From positions 150,218 through 214,217 of the forward strand of contig CAVFGR010000008.1 of NCBI GenBank assembly GCA_963622135.1: a stretch of 64,000 nt of DNA, written 5' to 3'. Under the pieces are notes generated by a model. That model saw only the letters and a list, made by a program, of their open reading frames with translations. It was not told the origin of the DNA and did no database searches. Positions 42,573 through 52,893 of this stretch are shown here, one piece after another. Position numbers and translations under genes: made by a program. Within the stretch, counting starts at the first letter, position 1. Each line of letters opens with the position of its first letter. This DNA is from a bacterium (GTDB taxonomy: Bacteria; Bacillota_I; Bacilli_A; RFN20; CAG-826).

Positions 42573-43914
42573 AGCCAGAGTCGTAGCCAGAGGCTAATAA
42601 ATCCCTATATTCCTTTTCTTCCTTCTCGTTGCAGCGGACGAAATGGCCTGGCTCAATCTCGATTAAGCGTGGCTTATCGACGGAATAGTCATGAGAGGCG
42701 CGGGGATCGTATTTGATACGGGTTCTGTGCTTCTCGGTATCCGGGTCGCAGTGTGGAACGGCGGAGAGAAGGGAACGGGTATAAGGATGCAAAGGATGTT
42801 TGAACAATTCGTCCGATGGGGCGAGCTCGACTAAGTTACCGAAGTACATAACGGCGATTCTGTCGCAGAAGTATTTAACGACGGAAAGGTTATGGGCGAT
42901 AAAGAGGATGGTCAATCCCAATTCATCACGTAAATCGTTCAAAAGGTTGATGATTTGGGCTTGGATGGAGACATCCAATGCAGAAACAGGTTCGTCGGCG
43001 ATGATCAATTCCGGATTCATGATCAAGGCACGAGCAATACCGATACGCTGCCTCTGACCGCCGGAGAATTCGTGTGGATAACGATCGGCGTGCTCTGGGA
43101 GCAAGCCGACTTTGTCCAGCATCTCATTGACGCGCTGCTCGATGTATTTCTTGTCTCTCACGCCATTGATGCGAAGACCTTCGGAGATGATGTTGCGGAC
43201 GGTCATACGAGGATTGATGGAAGCCATCGGATCCTGGAAGATCATCTGCATGCCGGAAGTGATACGAGCATGTTTAGCGTCGTTAAGATCCTTCTTATAT
43301 TGTTTAAAAAGTTCTTTTTCTTCGTCGCTTGATAAGACTTTGCCATTGTTGGTATAGCTAAGGAAATCGGCGTATTTGGCCTTGCATTCGGCAACCATCT
43401 GCTTGGCGAAGTTCTTATCGCAGTTCTTGACGTCGTCTTTGACGGCGGCGATACGCTTGCGTTCGCGGTCGCAGATGACTTTAGCGGCATCGATCGCTTC
43501 TTTTCTCTGAGCGTCGTATTTGGCTTTGATTTCCTCAACGTCAGGGTTAGCGGAAGATAATTCGATTTTCTCTTCCGCGTCGATCTCAGCGAGTTTCTGT
43601 TTCAGACGGATGTTGGTGAATTTGATTTCTTTTTCATTCCAACGAGTGCCACCACCGATACGGACGCCCTTAAAATAGACATCGCCAGAGGTTGGCTGAT
43701 ACAAACGGATGATGGAACGGCCGATGGTGGTTTTGCCACAGCCAGATTCGCCGACCAAACCGAAGATCTCGCCTTTATGAATATCGAACGAGACATCATG
43801 GACGGCTTTGTTGTATTTAAAGACACCCGTTCCGCCAAGCTTGAAGTATTGTTTCAAGTGACGGACGCTTAAGATGACTTCTTGCTCTTGAGGCTTTTTG
43901 ACTTCTTCAGACAT
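42562..43914 (-). CDS. oppF: oligopeptide ABC transporter ATP-binding protein OppF (with internal insertion)
   Basis: Walker A GESGCGKTT, signature FSGGQRQRIGIARAL and Walker B LIIADEPVSALD. A roughly 120-aa insertion sits between Walker A and the signature, as in Mollicute-type OppF. Confidence 0.9.
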   Translation of the reverse strand: MSEEVKKPQEQEVILSVRHLKQYFKLGGTGVFKYNKAVHDVSFDIHKGEIFGLVGESGCGKTTIGRSIIRLYQPTSGDVYFKGVRIGGGTRWNEKEIKFTNIRLKQKLAEIDAEEKIELSSANPDVEEIKAKYDAQRKEAIDAAKVICDRERKRIAAVKDDVKNCDKNFAKQMVAECKAKYADFLSYTNNGKVLSSDEEKELFKQYKKDLNDAKHARITSGMQMIFQDPMASINPRMTVRNIISEGLRINGVRDKKYIEQRVNEMLDKVGLLPEHADRYPHEFSGGQRQRIGIARALIMNPELIIADEPVSALDVSIQAQIINLLNDLRDELGLTILFIAHNLSVVKYFCDRIAVMYFGNLVELAPSDELFKHPLHPYTRSLLSAVPHCDPDTEKHRTRIKYDPRASHDYSVDKPRLIEIEPGHFVRCNEKEEKEYRDLLASGYDSGYGE

Positions 43915-45833
43915 TATTTGGCCTCCTTTTCTTCGTTGGCATTTCTCTTATCCAACGCGCGTTTGATACGAGCGGTGACAATCTCAGGCGGGACCGCTTT
44001 TGGAGCTTCCGGAGCCAAGAGCCAAGTAGAGGCGAAATGGGTATCGGAAACTTTAAAGAGAGGCGGTTCTTCCTCGAAATCGATAGCTAGCGCGTATTTG
44101 TTACGAGCAGCGAAAGCGTCACCGACTGGTGGGATAAGCATGTTTGGTGGGGTGCCTGGGATGGCGTCGATCTTTTCTTTGGTATCCAAGTCTGGCATAG
44201 AAGCCAACAAGGCCCAAGTGTATGGGTGGCGTGGATCGTAGAAGATATCATCGACGGAGCCATATTCGACGATTTTGCCGGCATACATGACGGCGATATC
44301 ATCGGCCATATTGGCAACGACGCCCAAGTCGTGGGTGATGAAGATGATGGAGAGGTTGAGTTCCTCTTTGAGGTTGTTGATCAATTCCAAGATCTGAGCC
44401 TGGATAGTGACGTCCAAAGCGGTCGTCGGTTCGTCGCAGATAAGAATCTCTGGCTTGGAGGAAAGAGCAATCGCGATGACGATTCTCTGACGCATACCGC
44501 CGGAGAATTCGAACGGATATTGACGGAATCTGATCTCTGGCTGTGGAATACCGACCTGACGCATGATGTTCAAGGCTTGTTCCTTGGCCTCGGCCTTGGA
44601 AACGGCTCTCTTGCCGGCTTTGATTTCTTTGGCGAAATAAGCCAAGAATGTGTCGACATATTCTTTGGCGTCCAATTTGGTAAGGATGACTTCGGAGACA
44701 TGCTTGACCAATTTGGTGCAGAGTTCTCTAAGCAAGTCCGTCGCATCGGCTGGAGTGAAGGATTTTTCAGGAAGCTTGGCTCTTTCTTTCAAAGTGAAAG
44801 CAGGGACTTCCAAACCTTTCTTGGTGTATGATTCATCTCTCTTTTTAGCCGCTTTCTCGTTATCCAAAGCCAATTTGAGGGCTTCGACATATTTGGCGAA
44901 AGAGGTGTCAAAGACGGCGATGGTATCGTCTTCATCATCCTTGAAAGCAAAGGAGCAGATGACGGATTTGACGGTCTTAATAAGGCCTTTGAGAGTCTTA
45001 TAATCAGCCACATTTTGAGACAATGGACCTTCGATGATGCCGGTGATGGTATCGCGGAGGGTGATCAAGTCGATCTTATAATCCTTGTCGGCCGCTTCGA
45101 TAAGTTCGATAAGCATCTCCCTTAAAGCGGTCTTTTCTTCTTCCGATAAGGATTTTGTAAGCTCTGGTTCGACGAACTCGGTAGGCTCCTCGTGCTTATT
45201 GATGTAGCGGGAGGCGGCCTTCAAAGTCGCGGAAGGATAATGTTCAGGGTCGTTGGCGATGGAGACATTTCTTTCCCAGATGGTCTTATCGCGAATCGAT
45301 TTCTCTTTGGCCTCTAAAACGGACAATTCCTCAAGATTCGCAGCGATGAACTTCTTAACGAGGTTTTCATCATAAGCGATGTTGTTTTTAACCGCCGTTT
45401 TCTTGGTATTATCGAGAATCTCTTTGACTAAACCATTAGCCTCTCTTCTGGCCGCTCGGGCTTTGAGGATGATTGGGTCAGTAAGCTGTTTGCCGACACG
45501 GATGATAGGATCCAAGGCGGACAATGGGTCCTGGAAGATCATGGAGATCTTGGAACCCCTGATGCGATGGAAGCGTTCTTCGGAGATGGTAAGCAAATCC
45601 TTGCCATCGTAGATGATTTCGCCGCCTTCGACCAAAGCGTTCTTGGCTAAAATGCCCAAGATCGCACGGGAAGTGACGGATTTTCCGGAGCCGGATTCAC
45701 CGACGATGCATAAGGTTCTGCCCTTATACAAATCGAAGGAGATGCCACGGACCGCTTTGACGGTGCCGCCATCAACACGGAAAGAGATACGAAGGTCTTT
45801 GACTTCTAAGATTTTGTTATTCTGTTCAGACAT
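43914..45833 (-). CDS. oppD: oligopeptide ABC transporter ATP-binding protein OppD (with large ~280-aa insertion)
   Basis: Walker A GESGSGKS, signature FSGGMRQRIVIAIAL and Walker B LICDEPTTALD; 639 aa. Confidence 0.9.
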   Translation of the reverse strand: MSEQNNKILEVKDLRISFRVDGGTVKAVRGISFDLYKGRTLCIVGESGSGKSVTSRAILGILAKNALVEGGEIIYDGKDLLTISEERFHRIRGSKISMIFQDPLSALDPIIRVGKQLTDPIILKARAARREANGLVKEILDNTKKTAVKNNIAYDENLVKKFIAANLEELSVLEAKEKSIRDKTIWERNVSIANDPEHYPSATLKAASRYINKHEEPTEFVEPELTKSLSEEEKTALREMLIELIEAADKDYKIDLITLRDTITGIIEGPLSQNVADYKTLKGLIKTVKSVICSFAFKDDEDDTIAVFDTSFAKYVEALKLALDNEKAAKKRDESYTKKGLEVPAFTLKERAKLPEKSFTPADATDLLRELCTKLVKHVSEVILTKLDAKEYVDTFLAYFAKEIKAGKRAVSKAEAKEQALNIMRQVGIPQPEIRFRQYPFEFSGGMRQRIVIAIALSSKPEILICDEPTTALDVTIQAQILELINNLKEELNLSIIFITHDLGVVANMADDIAVMYAGKIVEYGSVDDIFYDPRHPYTWALLASMPDLDTKEKIDAIPGTPPNMLIPPVGDAFAARNKYALAIDFEEEPPLFKVSDTHFASTWLLAPEAPKAVPPEIVTARIKRALDKRNANEEKEAK

Positions 45834-45834
45834 A

Positions 45835-47448
45835 TCATTCGCCTCCTCTCAATGTTGGGTTGAACGCATCACGCAAGCCGTTACCGATCAAGTTGAAGGT
45901 AATCATCAATAACGAGATGAAGATCGCTGGGAAGACGATCATATGCGGATAGCTAGATACGAAGTTAGAACCGTCGTTAAGCAAGGTGCCAACGGAAGTG
46001 ATGTTGGAAGTGCTCAAGTTGACGATGTTTAAGTAGGATAAGGACGATTCAGAGAAGATGACGCCCGGAATCATCAAGACCGAGGAAGTGATCAATGTAC
46101 CCATCGCGTTCGGCAAGATGTCGACGAAGATGAGTCGCATGTCTTTCGCGCCCAAAGTACGAGACGCTAAGACATATTCCTGGTTCTTGAATCGATAGAA
46201 CTGCATACGGGTCGTCGAAGCCGTGCCTATCCAGCCTGTTACAACGAAGGCGAACAATAAGGAGATGATAGCCCCGACTTTGGCCGCCAAATGCAATTGG
46301 AACAAGGTCGCGACGATAACGAACGGAATGGCCGATAAGATATCGGTGATACGTTCCATAATAAGGTCGACGGTCCCGCCATAGTAGCCGGAGATAGAAC
46401 CCCATAAAAGGCCGATGATTAGGTTAATCGCGGAAACGCAGACACCTAAGATAAGGGATAATCTGGCACCTGAGGACAAACGGACAAAGATGTCGTTGCC
46501 GACAGAGTTAGCGCCAAATAAGAAGTAGCAGGCTTCGCCGTTGACATATTCGTAATAGTTGTTGTAGTCGACACGGATATGAAGTTTTAAACCGCCGGCG
46601 TCAACGTTTTCGTAATACATGACATTGCCGGAAGCGTCTTTCTTATAGATATCGTAGGCATTGCCTTCGCTATCCAACTTGGCAACGAACTGTTGTCCGG
46701 ATGTTGGCATGACCAATTCATACCAGAGGTTGGCGTTTTGCGAATAGCGGGAAGACATGTTGACACGCAACGTGGTCGTGCCGCCAGGGAATTTGGCAGG
46801 ATAAGTCGGGTCGTAATTTGGAGAAGATGGATCCAATTTGTCATCAATCTCATCGAAATATTTATCGACATAGGTTTCATAATCGATAAGTGGGAGAAGG
46901 ATTTTGCGACCAGTGTTGGCCTCCCATTCCTTGATTTTGTCGATATCGGCAGTGGTGACATCGCGGAGTTCTTTGGCTCCGACGGCGTAGGTATCATATC
47001 TGACTTTGTAATACTTAACCTTCTGGCCAATGACGTTGGTTTCTTCGCCAACTTCGATCTCTTCGGCGATTGGCTTATCTTCCGTCTCATAAAGACGGTA
47101 TTCGTCATAGGAATTGGTGTAGATCTTCTTTTCTTGCGTGCCATCCCAGAAACCGGTTCCTTCGAACATTGGGTTCTTTGGAAGGACGTAAGCGTAGTTC
47201 GCATCGTTCCACTGGACGTTTCTGTCCGTGGTCATCGGAGCGATGATGGCAAACAAAATGATAATCAAAAGGATGACGCCGGCAACGATGGAGCCTTTGT
47301 TGCGGCGGAATCTCTGCCAGCAGCCTCTCAAATATGAGACTGGCTTGGTTTCAAATTTAAGATCGTGGATGGATTTATCCATCTGAACGAAGGTAAATTT
47401 GTCTTTTTTGTAACCGGCATATTCGCTCGGGTTGATAACTTTGCTCAT
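45835..47448 (-). CDS. oppC: oligopeptide ABC transporter permease OppC (with extended N-terminal extracytoplasmic region)
   Basis: C-terminal BPD-transporter permease domain (...LILGVCVSAINLIIGLLWGSISGYYGG...); 537 aa. Confidence 0.85.
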   Translation of the reverse strand: MSKVINPSEYAGYKKDKFTFVQMDKSIHDLKFETKPVSYLRGCWQRFRRNKGSIVAGVILLIIILFAIIAPMTTDRNVQWNDANYAYVLPKNPMFEGTGFWDGTQEKKIYTNSYDEYRLYETEDKPIAEEIEVGEETNVIGQKVKYYKVRYDTYAVGAKELRDVTTADIDKIKEWEANTGRKILLPLIDYETYVDKYFDEIDDKLDPSSPNYDPTYPAKFPGGTTTLRVNMSSRYSQNANLWYELVMPTSGQQFVAKLDSEGNAYDIYKKDASGNVMYYENVDAGGLKLHIRVDYNNYYEYVNGEACYFLFGANSVGNDIFVRLSSGARLSLILGVCVSAINLIIGLLWGSISGYYGGTVDLIMERITDILSAIPFVIVATLFQLHLAAKVGAIISLLFAFVVTGWIGTASTTRMQFYRFKNQEYVLASRTLGAKDMRLIFVDILPNAMGTLITSSVLMIPGVIFSESSLSYLNIVNLSTSNITSVGTLLNDGSNFVSSYPHMIVFPAIFISLLMITFNLIGNGLRDAFNPTLRGGE

Positions 47449-48425
47449 TATTTCTTACCTCCCATACGAATACGAGGATCGACCCAGCCGTAGCTAAGGT
47501 CGACGATTAAGCCGCCGATAAGGCCAATCAAGACATAGAACATACCGACGAACAAGAAGACGTCGTAGTCGCGTCTGTTGATGGACTCTAAGAACAAGCC
47601 ACCGATACCACCGACGGCGAAGATGGATTCGATGACGACGGAACCGGATAAAATGCCGATGAACTCGCCTAAGATCATCGGGAAGATAGGAACCAAGGAG
47701 TTTTTGAATGCGTGTTTGATAGTGGCTTGAGTTCTGGTTAAACCAGTGGTTCTGGCCAATAACATGAAATCAGAGGTTAAGACTTCAGTTAGCTCAGCAC
47801 GAGTATAACGAGCGAAGCCGGCGATGGTGCCGAAGGACATCGAGATGATCGGCGCCAACATCGATTTGAACATTTCCGGGGCGAACCAGTTGCCGCCGTA
47901 AGAGGAAACCGGAGCCAAGGTCAAAGGAAGAATCTTCCAGACCGAACCGAAAAGATACTGAACCAAGAACGCATAAACGAAAGACGGAACCGAAATGAAC
48001 AACATGATGACGACTGACAAGATGTGGTCGATTGGTTTGTTTTTGCGCAAAGCCATCAAAATGCCTAAGCCGAGTCCGACAGGGACGGCAAAGATCATCG
48101 TGTAGATGTTGATAAGAATCGTTGGCGGCATTCTGTTGACCAGCAATTCCCATGGCGACGCTAACCAGGAGATTTGGAAGGAATAGCCGAAATTTCCACC
48201 ATCCGTTGCCGTAAATAAACGGACGAAATAGTTGAAGTACTGGACGATAACAGGATCGTTATAGCCCATTTCTTCTCTGAATCTCGCGGCGATTGCCTCA
48301 CCATCACTGCCTGGAGCTGAAATAAGAGGTACAGGTAAAGCCCTGACCAAGAAGAAGCAGATTGTGAAGATTACGAAGAATGTAAAGATTAACAATCCGA
48401 TACGTTTTAATACATACTTTAACAT
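47448..48425 (-). CDS. oppB: oligopeptide ABC transporter permease OppB
   Basis: MLKYVLKRIGLLIFTFFVIFTICFFLVRALP N-terminus typical of OppB/DppB; 325 aa; GAGGAG RBS. Confidence 0.9.
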   Translation of the reverse strand: MLKYVLKRIGLLIFTFFVIFTICFFLVRALPVPLISAPGSDGEAIAARFREEMGYNDPVIVQYFNYFVRLFTATDGGNFGYSFQISWLASPWELLVNRMPPTILINIYTMIFAVPVGLGLGILMALRKNKPIDHILSVVIMLFISVPSFVYAFLVQYLFGSVWKILPLTLAPVSSYGGNWFAPEMFKSMLAPIISMSFGTIAGFARYTRAELTEVLTSDFMLLARTTGLTRTQATIKHAFKNSLVPIFPMILGEFIGILSGSVVIESIFAVGGIGGLFLESINRRDYDVFLFVGMFYVLIGLIGGLIVDLSYGWVDPRIRMGGKK

Positions 48426-48450
48426 TCGTTAACTCCTCAGGCGTATAGGT

Positions 48451-48488
48451 ATCATACACGCACGGAACGAAAAGACAATTATTCTTTT
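48451..48488 (-). promoter_or_regulatory. promoter candidate for oppBCDF (TTGTCT-16-TATGAT on the minus strand)
   Basis: The minus strand reads ...TTGTCTtttcgttccgtgcgtgTATGATacctatacgcctGAGGAGttaacgaATG. Confidence 0.35.
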
Positions 48489-48751
48489 AGGTGGTTTGGT
48501 TAAAAAGGCCGAGCCATCGAGGATTGACATTATTGACTGACATTTGAATATCGCCAATCCATTTTCATTAAATAATGTTTCATGCATGGTTATCCGTTCC
48601 TTATGCGTTTTTGTTTACTAAAACCACTTTAAAAACGTGTAGGGGTGTCTAACATCGCTCAATTATAGGCATATTTTTCATATTTTAAGTTATGACGCGA
48701 AACAACTATTTCCATTTTTGCCAATCGTTAAAAATCCGAATTAGATAAGCA

Positions 48752-48780
48752 AACAAAAAAGCAGGTCAATTGACCTGCTT
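48752..48780 (-). terminator. rho-independent terminator after oppA (perfect palindrome GCAGGTCAATTGACCTGC plus U-run)
   Basis: 18-bp perfect palindrome at 48761-48778, followed on the minus strand by TTTTTTG. Probably makes oppA transcription partly independent of oppBCDF. Confidence 0.7.
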
Positions 48781-48799
48781 TGATGTATGAACAATTTTA

Positions 48800-51577
48800 T
48801 TATTGCTTATAGAGATCAGCGTTGATTTCGCCAGAAGCGATCTTCTGCGACCATTCGGAATTGGTGAAGTTGAAGGTCATGTAGCGGATTCCGCCGTAAC
48901 CCATAAGTGGGATATATTGTTCAGATCCATAGCTGACCTTGAAGGAAGTCAAGGTAGCGGAGGAACGGGCCAATAATGGCAAAGTGGACCAAGTGTTGAC
49001 ATATCCAGCTTCAAGTTCGGAAAGGATGTTCAACTTCTCGTTATGGCGGGCCTTGTAATCAGCGGCGTATTGAGCAGCGGATTCTGGATCATCCATATCG
49101 TAATCAGCCACGGAGACATCGGTGAGCGAGCTCAATAAGGAATACCATTCATATATATTCTTGGTTTCCTCGGTGCCGTCGCCATCGTAGTCGAAGGTGA
49201 GGTCGATCTTCTTGATCTTGTCGGTCATGCCATATTCGCAGTTGGAATCGAATTCAGCATCGCAATAGACTTCCATCAAGCCCCATGGGTTCATCTGAGC
49301 ACCACCCCAAGTAGAGAAGATGATGTCATAGTTGCCCTTCTTGGCTTCGTCATAGTAGTCTTCGTTCTCGGTCATGTAGTAATCAAACTTAATGACAGAA
49401 GAACCGGCGGCGTCGTTGACGGCTTGGGCCAAAGAATCGAGGGACGCTTTGATGAAGTTATAAGAGGCGATGGTGGTTTCGGAATCGGACTTGTAGACAA
49501 GGATTTCCATCGAGACGGTGTCGCCCTTGCTGAAGTGACCTTCCTGGGTGTCGGCGTTCTCGGTTTCGATAGCGCGCTTGAGATATTCAGCGGCTAAAGT
49601 GGAGTTATAGCCAACGTGGCTGCTATCGAGAGCCTGTCCGTTCTCTTCGTCGATGGTGGAGCCACCGAGGTGGTTATAGATCTTGCCATAGACGCTCTTC
49701 GCCTGAGTCGTGCCACGATAGAACTCGCCATTATCGGCATCAGAGATATAAAGGTTATTCAATAAGCCATAGAAAGCCTGAGAACCAGCGGTGCACTGAG
49801 AGACGTATTGGACACGGTCAATGCAGAGGGAGATGGCTTTGCGGAAGTCTTCGTTGGCCATGATGGTCTTATTGCCGGCATGGGTCGAAGTGGCGGCCTT
49901 TTGTCTCTTCAAGAGCTGCGCACGGGAGACGTTGAAGGACATCTTGGAAGTGTAGGAGGTCGGGGTGAACTGCAAACGGCTGGAAGCGCCGTATTTCTTC
50001 ATATCGGAAGCAGTCAACTCGATATCGTCGATTTCACCATTTTCAAACTTCTGCATAGCAGTGGTGTGGTTGTCGATGATTTCGGTCGTGATCTTCTCGG
50101 TCTGGAACTGACCTTCGTGCTTTCCATCGGTCCAGCCATACCATTTCTCATTCTTTTCGATTTCAATGAGCTTGTTGGACTGGAAGTTGGTGAGTTTGTA
50201 TGGGCCGAAGGATTTATAGTTGCTGGCAGAATCAGTGCCGTACTTGGTGGCCTTCAAGGAGGTACCAGCGACAGTGGTGGTCAATTTGTCGTAAAGTTCG
50301 ATATCGACCAACCAAGAGGAAGTCAAAGAGAACTTCAAGTCAGTCGCGGAGACCGGACTAGCGGAATCCATGATCAAACGGAGGGTGTAATCATCGATGG
50401 CTTCGATACCGACGTTATCGAAGTTGGTGATGCTGGAGTGGTTCTCGTATTCAGCGAACAATGGCAATCTCCAAGCATTGGTCTTATCAGCTAAGCCACG
50501 TGGAGAGCCAAGGGTCTTGATGAAATAGGTAAGATCCGCTTTGAGATCGTTCCAAGTGTAAGCGGTGTAGGAGGCTGGAAGGGATTCGCCATATTTGGCC
50601 AATTCGGATTCAGCAACGATTTTATCGCCGCTGACCTTGAGGCCCAATTCATCCCAATCGTATTGGGAGATATCGTAATCTCTCATTTCCTCGGTGATGT
50701 CGCTGGCGGTTTCAACATTTTTCCAGTCAGTGGAAACCTTAGAGCTTCCGAGAACGCCATCACGACGGATTTTGATAAGGCCTTCTTCGCAGGCATCGAC
50801 AATACGGGTCGCGGCTTTTTCAGCGGCGTCGACTAACTTCGTGCCACGCTGAGCTAAGACCGTATATAAGGAGCCTTCGGTGATATTTGAGAAGATAGCA
50901 CCAGCAAACGGGGAGTCAGCGCCGAGGTTGATATACCAAATATCGTTAGAAGCGAAGTCTGGGTCATCAGAATCGAGATTGCTGTTTCCTTTGATGTAGT
51001 TGTAGGCTGGTTCAACGGTGATCTGGCCGTTTTTGAAGTAAGCTTCAGCATTGGCGAGGATGGTGGTTCCTTTGTAGTAGCTGTCAGCGCGGTGATTAAC
51101 CATCTCAGGGTCGAGCAAACGCTTCATCGATTCGACGTAATCCTGCGCTTTGATCTTGGTTCCATCTTCCCAGCAAGCCGCCTCATTCAATTTGATGTCG
51201 TAGGCGATACCGCTCGGGAGGTTGACGCTAGAACGTCCGAAGTATTTTTGTTTTTCTTCTTTGGTCAATTCGGAAGTGACGTCTTTTGGCATTTCCGAGG
51301 CCATTTCGCATAAGAATTCATAACCGGATTTGTCGGCATTGAATCCGAGATCATAGAATCCCATTTCGGTATAACCCATGATGTAAGAATCAGAGTTGGT
51401 TTCCCAAGCATGCGAGTTCCAGGTTTTTGGGTTGGCATCGAGGTAGGTGCTTAAGGTGTAATCAGCCTTGCTTCCGCCAGATTTACAAGAAACCAAAGCG
51501 GCGACGGCGCCGAAGGACATGACCATAAGAGCTACCAGTTTCTTATTTTTCATACCTTGTATCCTTTCTTTTTTCAA
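48800..51577 (-). CDS. oppA: oligopeptide-binding lipoprotein OppA (925 aa, expanded)
   Basis: Lipoprotein signal MKNKKLVALMVMSFGAVAALVSCKSG and SBP family-5-like core with large insertions. Lies directly upstream of oppBCDF. Confidence 0.8.
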   Translation of the reverse strand: MKKERIQGMKNKKLVALMVMSFGAVAALVSCKSGGSKADYTLSTYLDANPKTWNSHAWETNSDSYIMGYTEMGFYDLGFNADKSGYEFLCEMASEMPKDVTSELTKEEKQKYFGRSSVNLPSGIAYDIKLNEAACWEDGTKIKAQDYVESMKRLLDPEMVNHRADSYYKGTTILANAEAYFKNGQITVEPAYNYIKGNSNLDSDDPDFASNDIWYINLGADSPFAGAIFSNITEGSLYTVLAQRGTKLVDAAEKAATRIVDACEEGLIKIRRDGVLGSSKVSTDWKNVETASDITEEMRDYDISQYDWDELGLKVSGDKIVAESELAKYGESLPASYTAYTWNDLKADLTYFIKTLGSPRGLADKTNAWRLPLFAEYENHSSITNFDNVGIEAIDDYTLRLIMDSASPVSATDLKFSLTSSWLVDIELYDKLTTTVAGTSLKATKYGTDSASNYKSFGPYKLTNFQSNKLIEIEKNEKWYGWTDGKHEGQFQTEKITTEIIDNHTTAMQKFENGEIDDIELTASDMKKYGASSRLQFTPTSYTSKMSFNVSRAQLLKRQKAATSTHAGNKTIMANEDFRKAISLCIDRVQYVSQCTAGSQAFYGLLNNLYISDADNGEFYRGTTQAKSVYGKIYNHLGGSTIDEENGQALDSSHVGYNSTLAAEYLKRAIETENADTQEGHFSKGDTVSMEILVYKSDSETTIASYNFIKASLDSLAQAVNDAAGSSVIKFDYYMTENEDYYDEAKKGNYDIIFSTWGGAQMNPWGLMEVYCDAEFDSNCEYGMTDKIKKIDLTFDYDGDGTEETKNIYEWYSLLSSLTDVSVADYDMDDPESAAQYAADYKARHNEKLNILSELEAGYVNTWSTLPLLARSSATLTSFKVSYGSEQYIPLMGYGGIRYMTFNFTNSEWSQKIASGEINADLYKQ

Positions 51578-51602
51578 AAAATTTCCTTAGAAATCGTGTG
51601 TA

Positions 51603-51629
51603 TTATGCCTAAGAGAGTATGAATGTCAA
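51603..51629 (-). promoter_or_regulatory. promoter candidate for oppA (TTGACA-16-CATAAT on the minus strand)
   Basis: The minus strand reads TTGACAttcatactctcttaggCATAATac, then a ~45-nt leader with an AAAGGA RBS. A 16-bp palindrome GTTTATTAAAATAAAC lies just upstream (51652-51667), in the divergent intergenic region. Confidence 0.4.
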
Positions 51630-51708
51630 TTTTTAAATTACACATTTAAGAAAAAATGATGTTTATTAAAATAAACGCCCAGGCTTTGGCTTTTGATATA
51701 ATGAGAGC

Positions 51709-52854
51709 ATGAACAATACCAAACGAATCTTATTTTTGCTGCCATTGGCGCTTCCTTTATGTTCCTGCAACACAGGTGCTCCGACCGAGGTCTCTTTCGA
51801 GATGACTTCTAGCGAAACCGCTAGCATCCATACCGAACTTCAGGAAAAATTTTTAAACGTCAAAGAAAACGACTCTTTCATCGCCGCTCAGGGCGATACC
51901 TTCGCTAGGACCTCTCAATCCAAGCCAAATCCCGTCAAATTTTCTTGGAAATATAAGGACGATACGACCAAGAAGCCAAGCAAGGCAATCGTCACCTTGG
52001 CGGAAGACCAGAAGATGTCAATCAACAAGATGTCTTATGCCACCACCGAAAAGGAAATATCCATCTACAATTTGAAGATCAATACAAAGTATTACTACAC
52101 GGTTACTTTGGATTATGATGGGGTGAAGTTCACTTCGGAAATCTATAGCAAAACAATCACCGATAAAGCCATCAGAAATCTATACATTGATGGGGTGAAA
52201 AACGTGAGGGACATCGGCGGATACGAAGTAGATGGCGGCATCATCAAGCAAGGCCTTTTGTACCGTTCGGCGGAATTTAACGGAGAGTTTAATTCCATCG
52301 TTACCGCTTCCGGCAAAGAGGAATTAGTCAACACCTTGGGCATCAAGTCAGATATCGATTTAAGAAGAACCACCGCTTTCGCCCAACCGAAAGACGAGAT
52401 TCATTCAATCACCGAATCACCATTAGGATCGTCCGTCAAATGGGTTTCCCTCCCAATGTATTTCGGCGGAACCAACATCTATACCCAACTTTGCAATACT
52501 GACAATATCAAAGCGTTCTTTGAATATCTGGCTGAACCGACTAATTATCCCGCTATTTTCCATTGTGTTCGTGGCACCGACCGCACCGGAGCGTTGAACT
52601 ACGCCTTAGGAGCCCTTCTCGGCATGAACGAAGAGCAATTGATGAAGGATTATCTTTTCTCCAATTTCGACGATCTTGACTCCGATCCGTTAAAGACAAC
52701 CAATATCTCCGGCAAAGGGATGTATGTCTATCTGATCAATCAAGAAGAAGGAGATACCTTATCTCAGAAAGCCGCCAATTACTTGATGAATAGAATCGGC
52801 GTTTCTCAAGAAACCTTAGATAGCATCAAAAATATCCTCATTGAGAAGAAATAA
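51709..52854 (+). CDS. secreted lipoprotein with protein-tyrosine-phosphatase-like domain (Y_phosphatase3 family, CX5R motif)
   Basis: Lipoprotein signal MNNTKRILFLLPLALPLCSC. Active-site loop HCVRGTDRTG (PF13350 consensus HCtaGkDRTG) in the C-terminal domain. Confidence 0.7.
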   Translation: MNNTKRILFLLPLALPLCSCNTGAPTEVSFEMTSSETASIHTELQEKFLNVKENDSFIAAQGDTFARTSQSKPNPVKFSWKYKDDTTKKPSKAIVTLAEDQKMSINKMSYATTEKEISIYNLKINTKYYYTVTLDYDGVKFTSEIYSKTITDKAIRNLYIDGVKNVRDIGGYEVDGGIIKQGLLYRSAEFNGEFNSIVTASGKEELVNTLGIKSDIDLRRTTAFAQPKDEIHSITESPLGSSVKWVSLPMYFGGTNIYTQLCNTDNIKAFFEYLAEPTNYPAIFHCVRGTDRTGALNYALGALLGMNEEQLMKDYLFSNFDDLDSDPLKTTNISGKGMYVYLINQEEGDTLSQKAANYLMNRIGVSQETLDSIKNILIEKK

Positions 52855-52893
52855 GGCAAAAGAAAAAGCAACCATTCAAGGTTGCTTTTATTT

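Noticed and set aside
48533-48560. TTGACATTATTGACTGACATTTGAATAT read as a plus-strand promoter or CodY box in the oppA-oppB gap
   Set aside because: It is on the wrong strand for the minus-strand opp genes, and it is a poor match to the CodY consensus (AATTTTCWGAAAATT). It may be chance -35-like hexamers. The minus-strand TTGTCT-16-TATGAT nearer oppB is a better promoter candidate.
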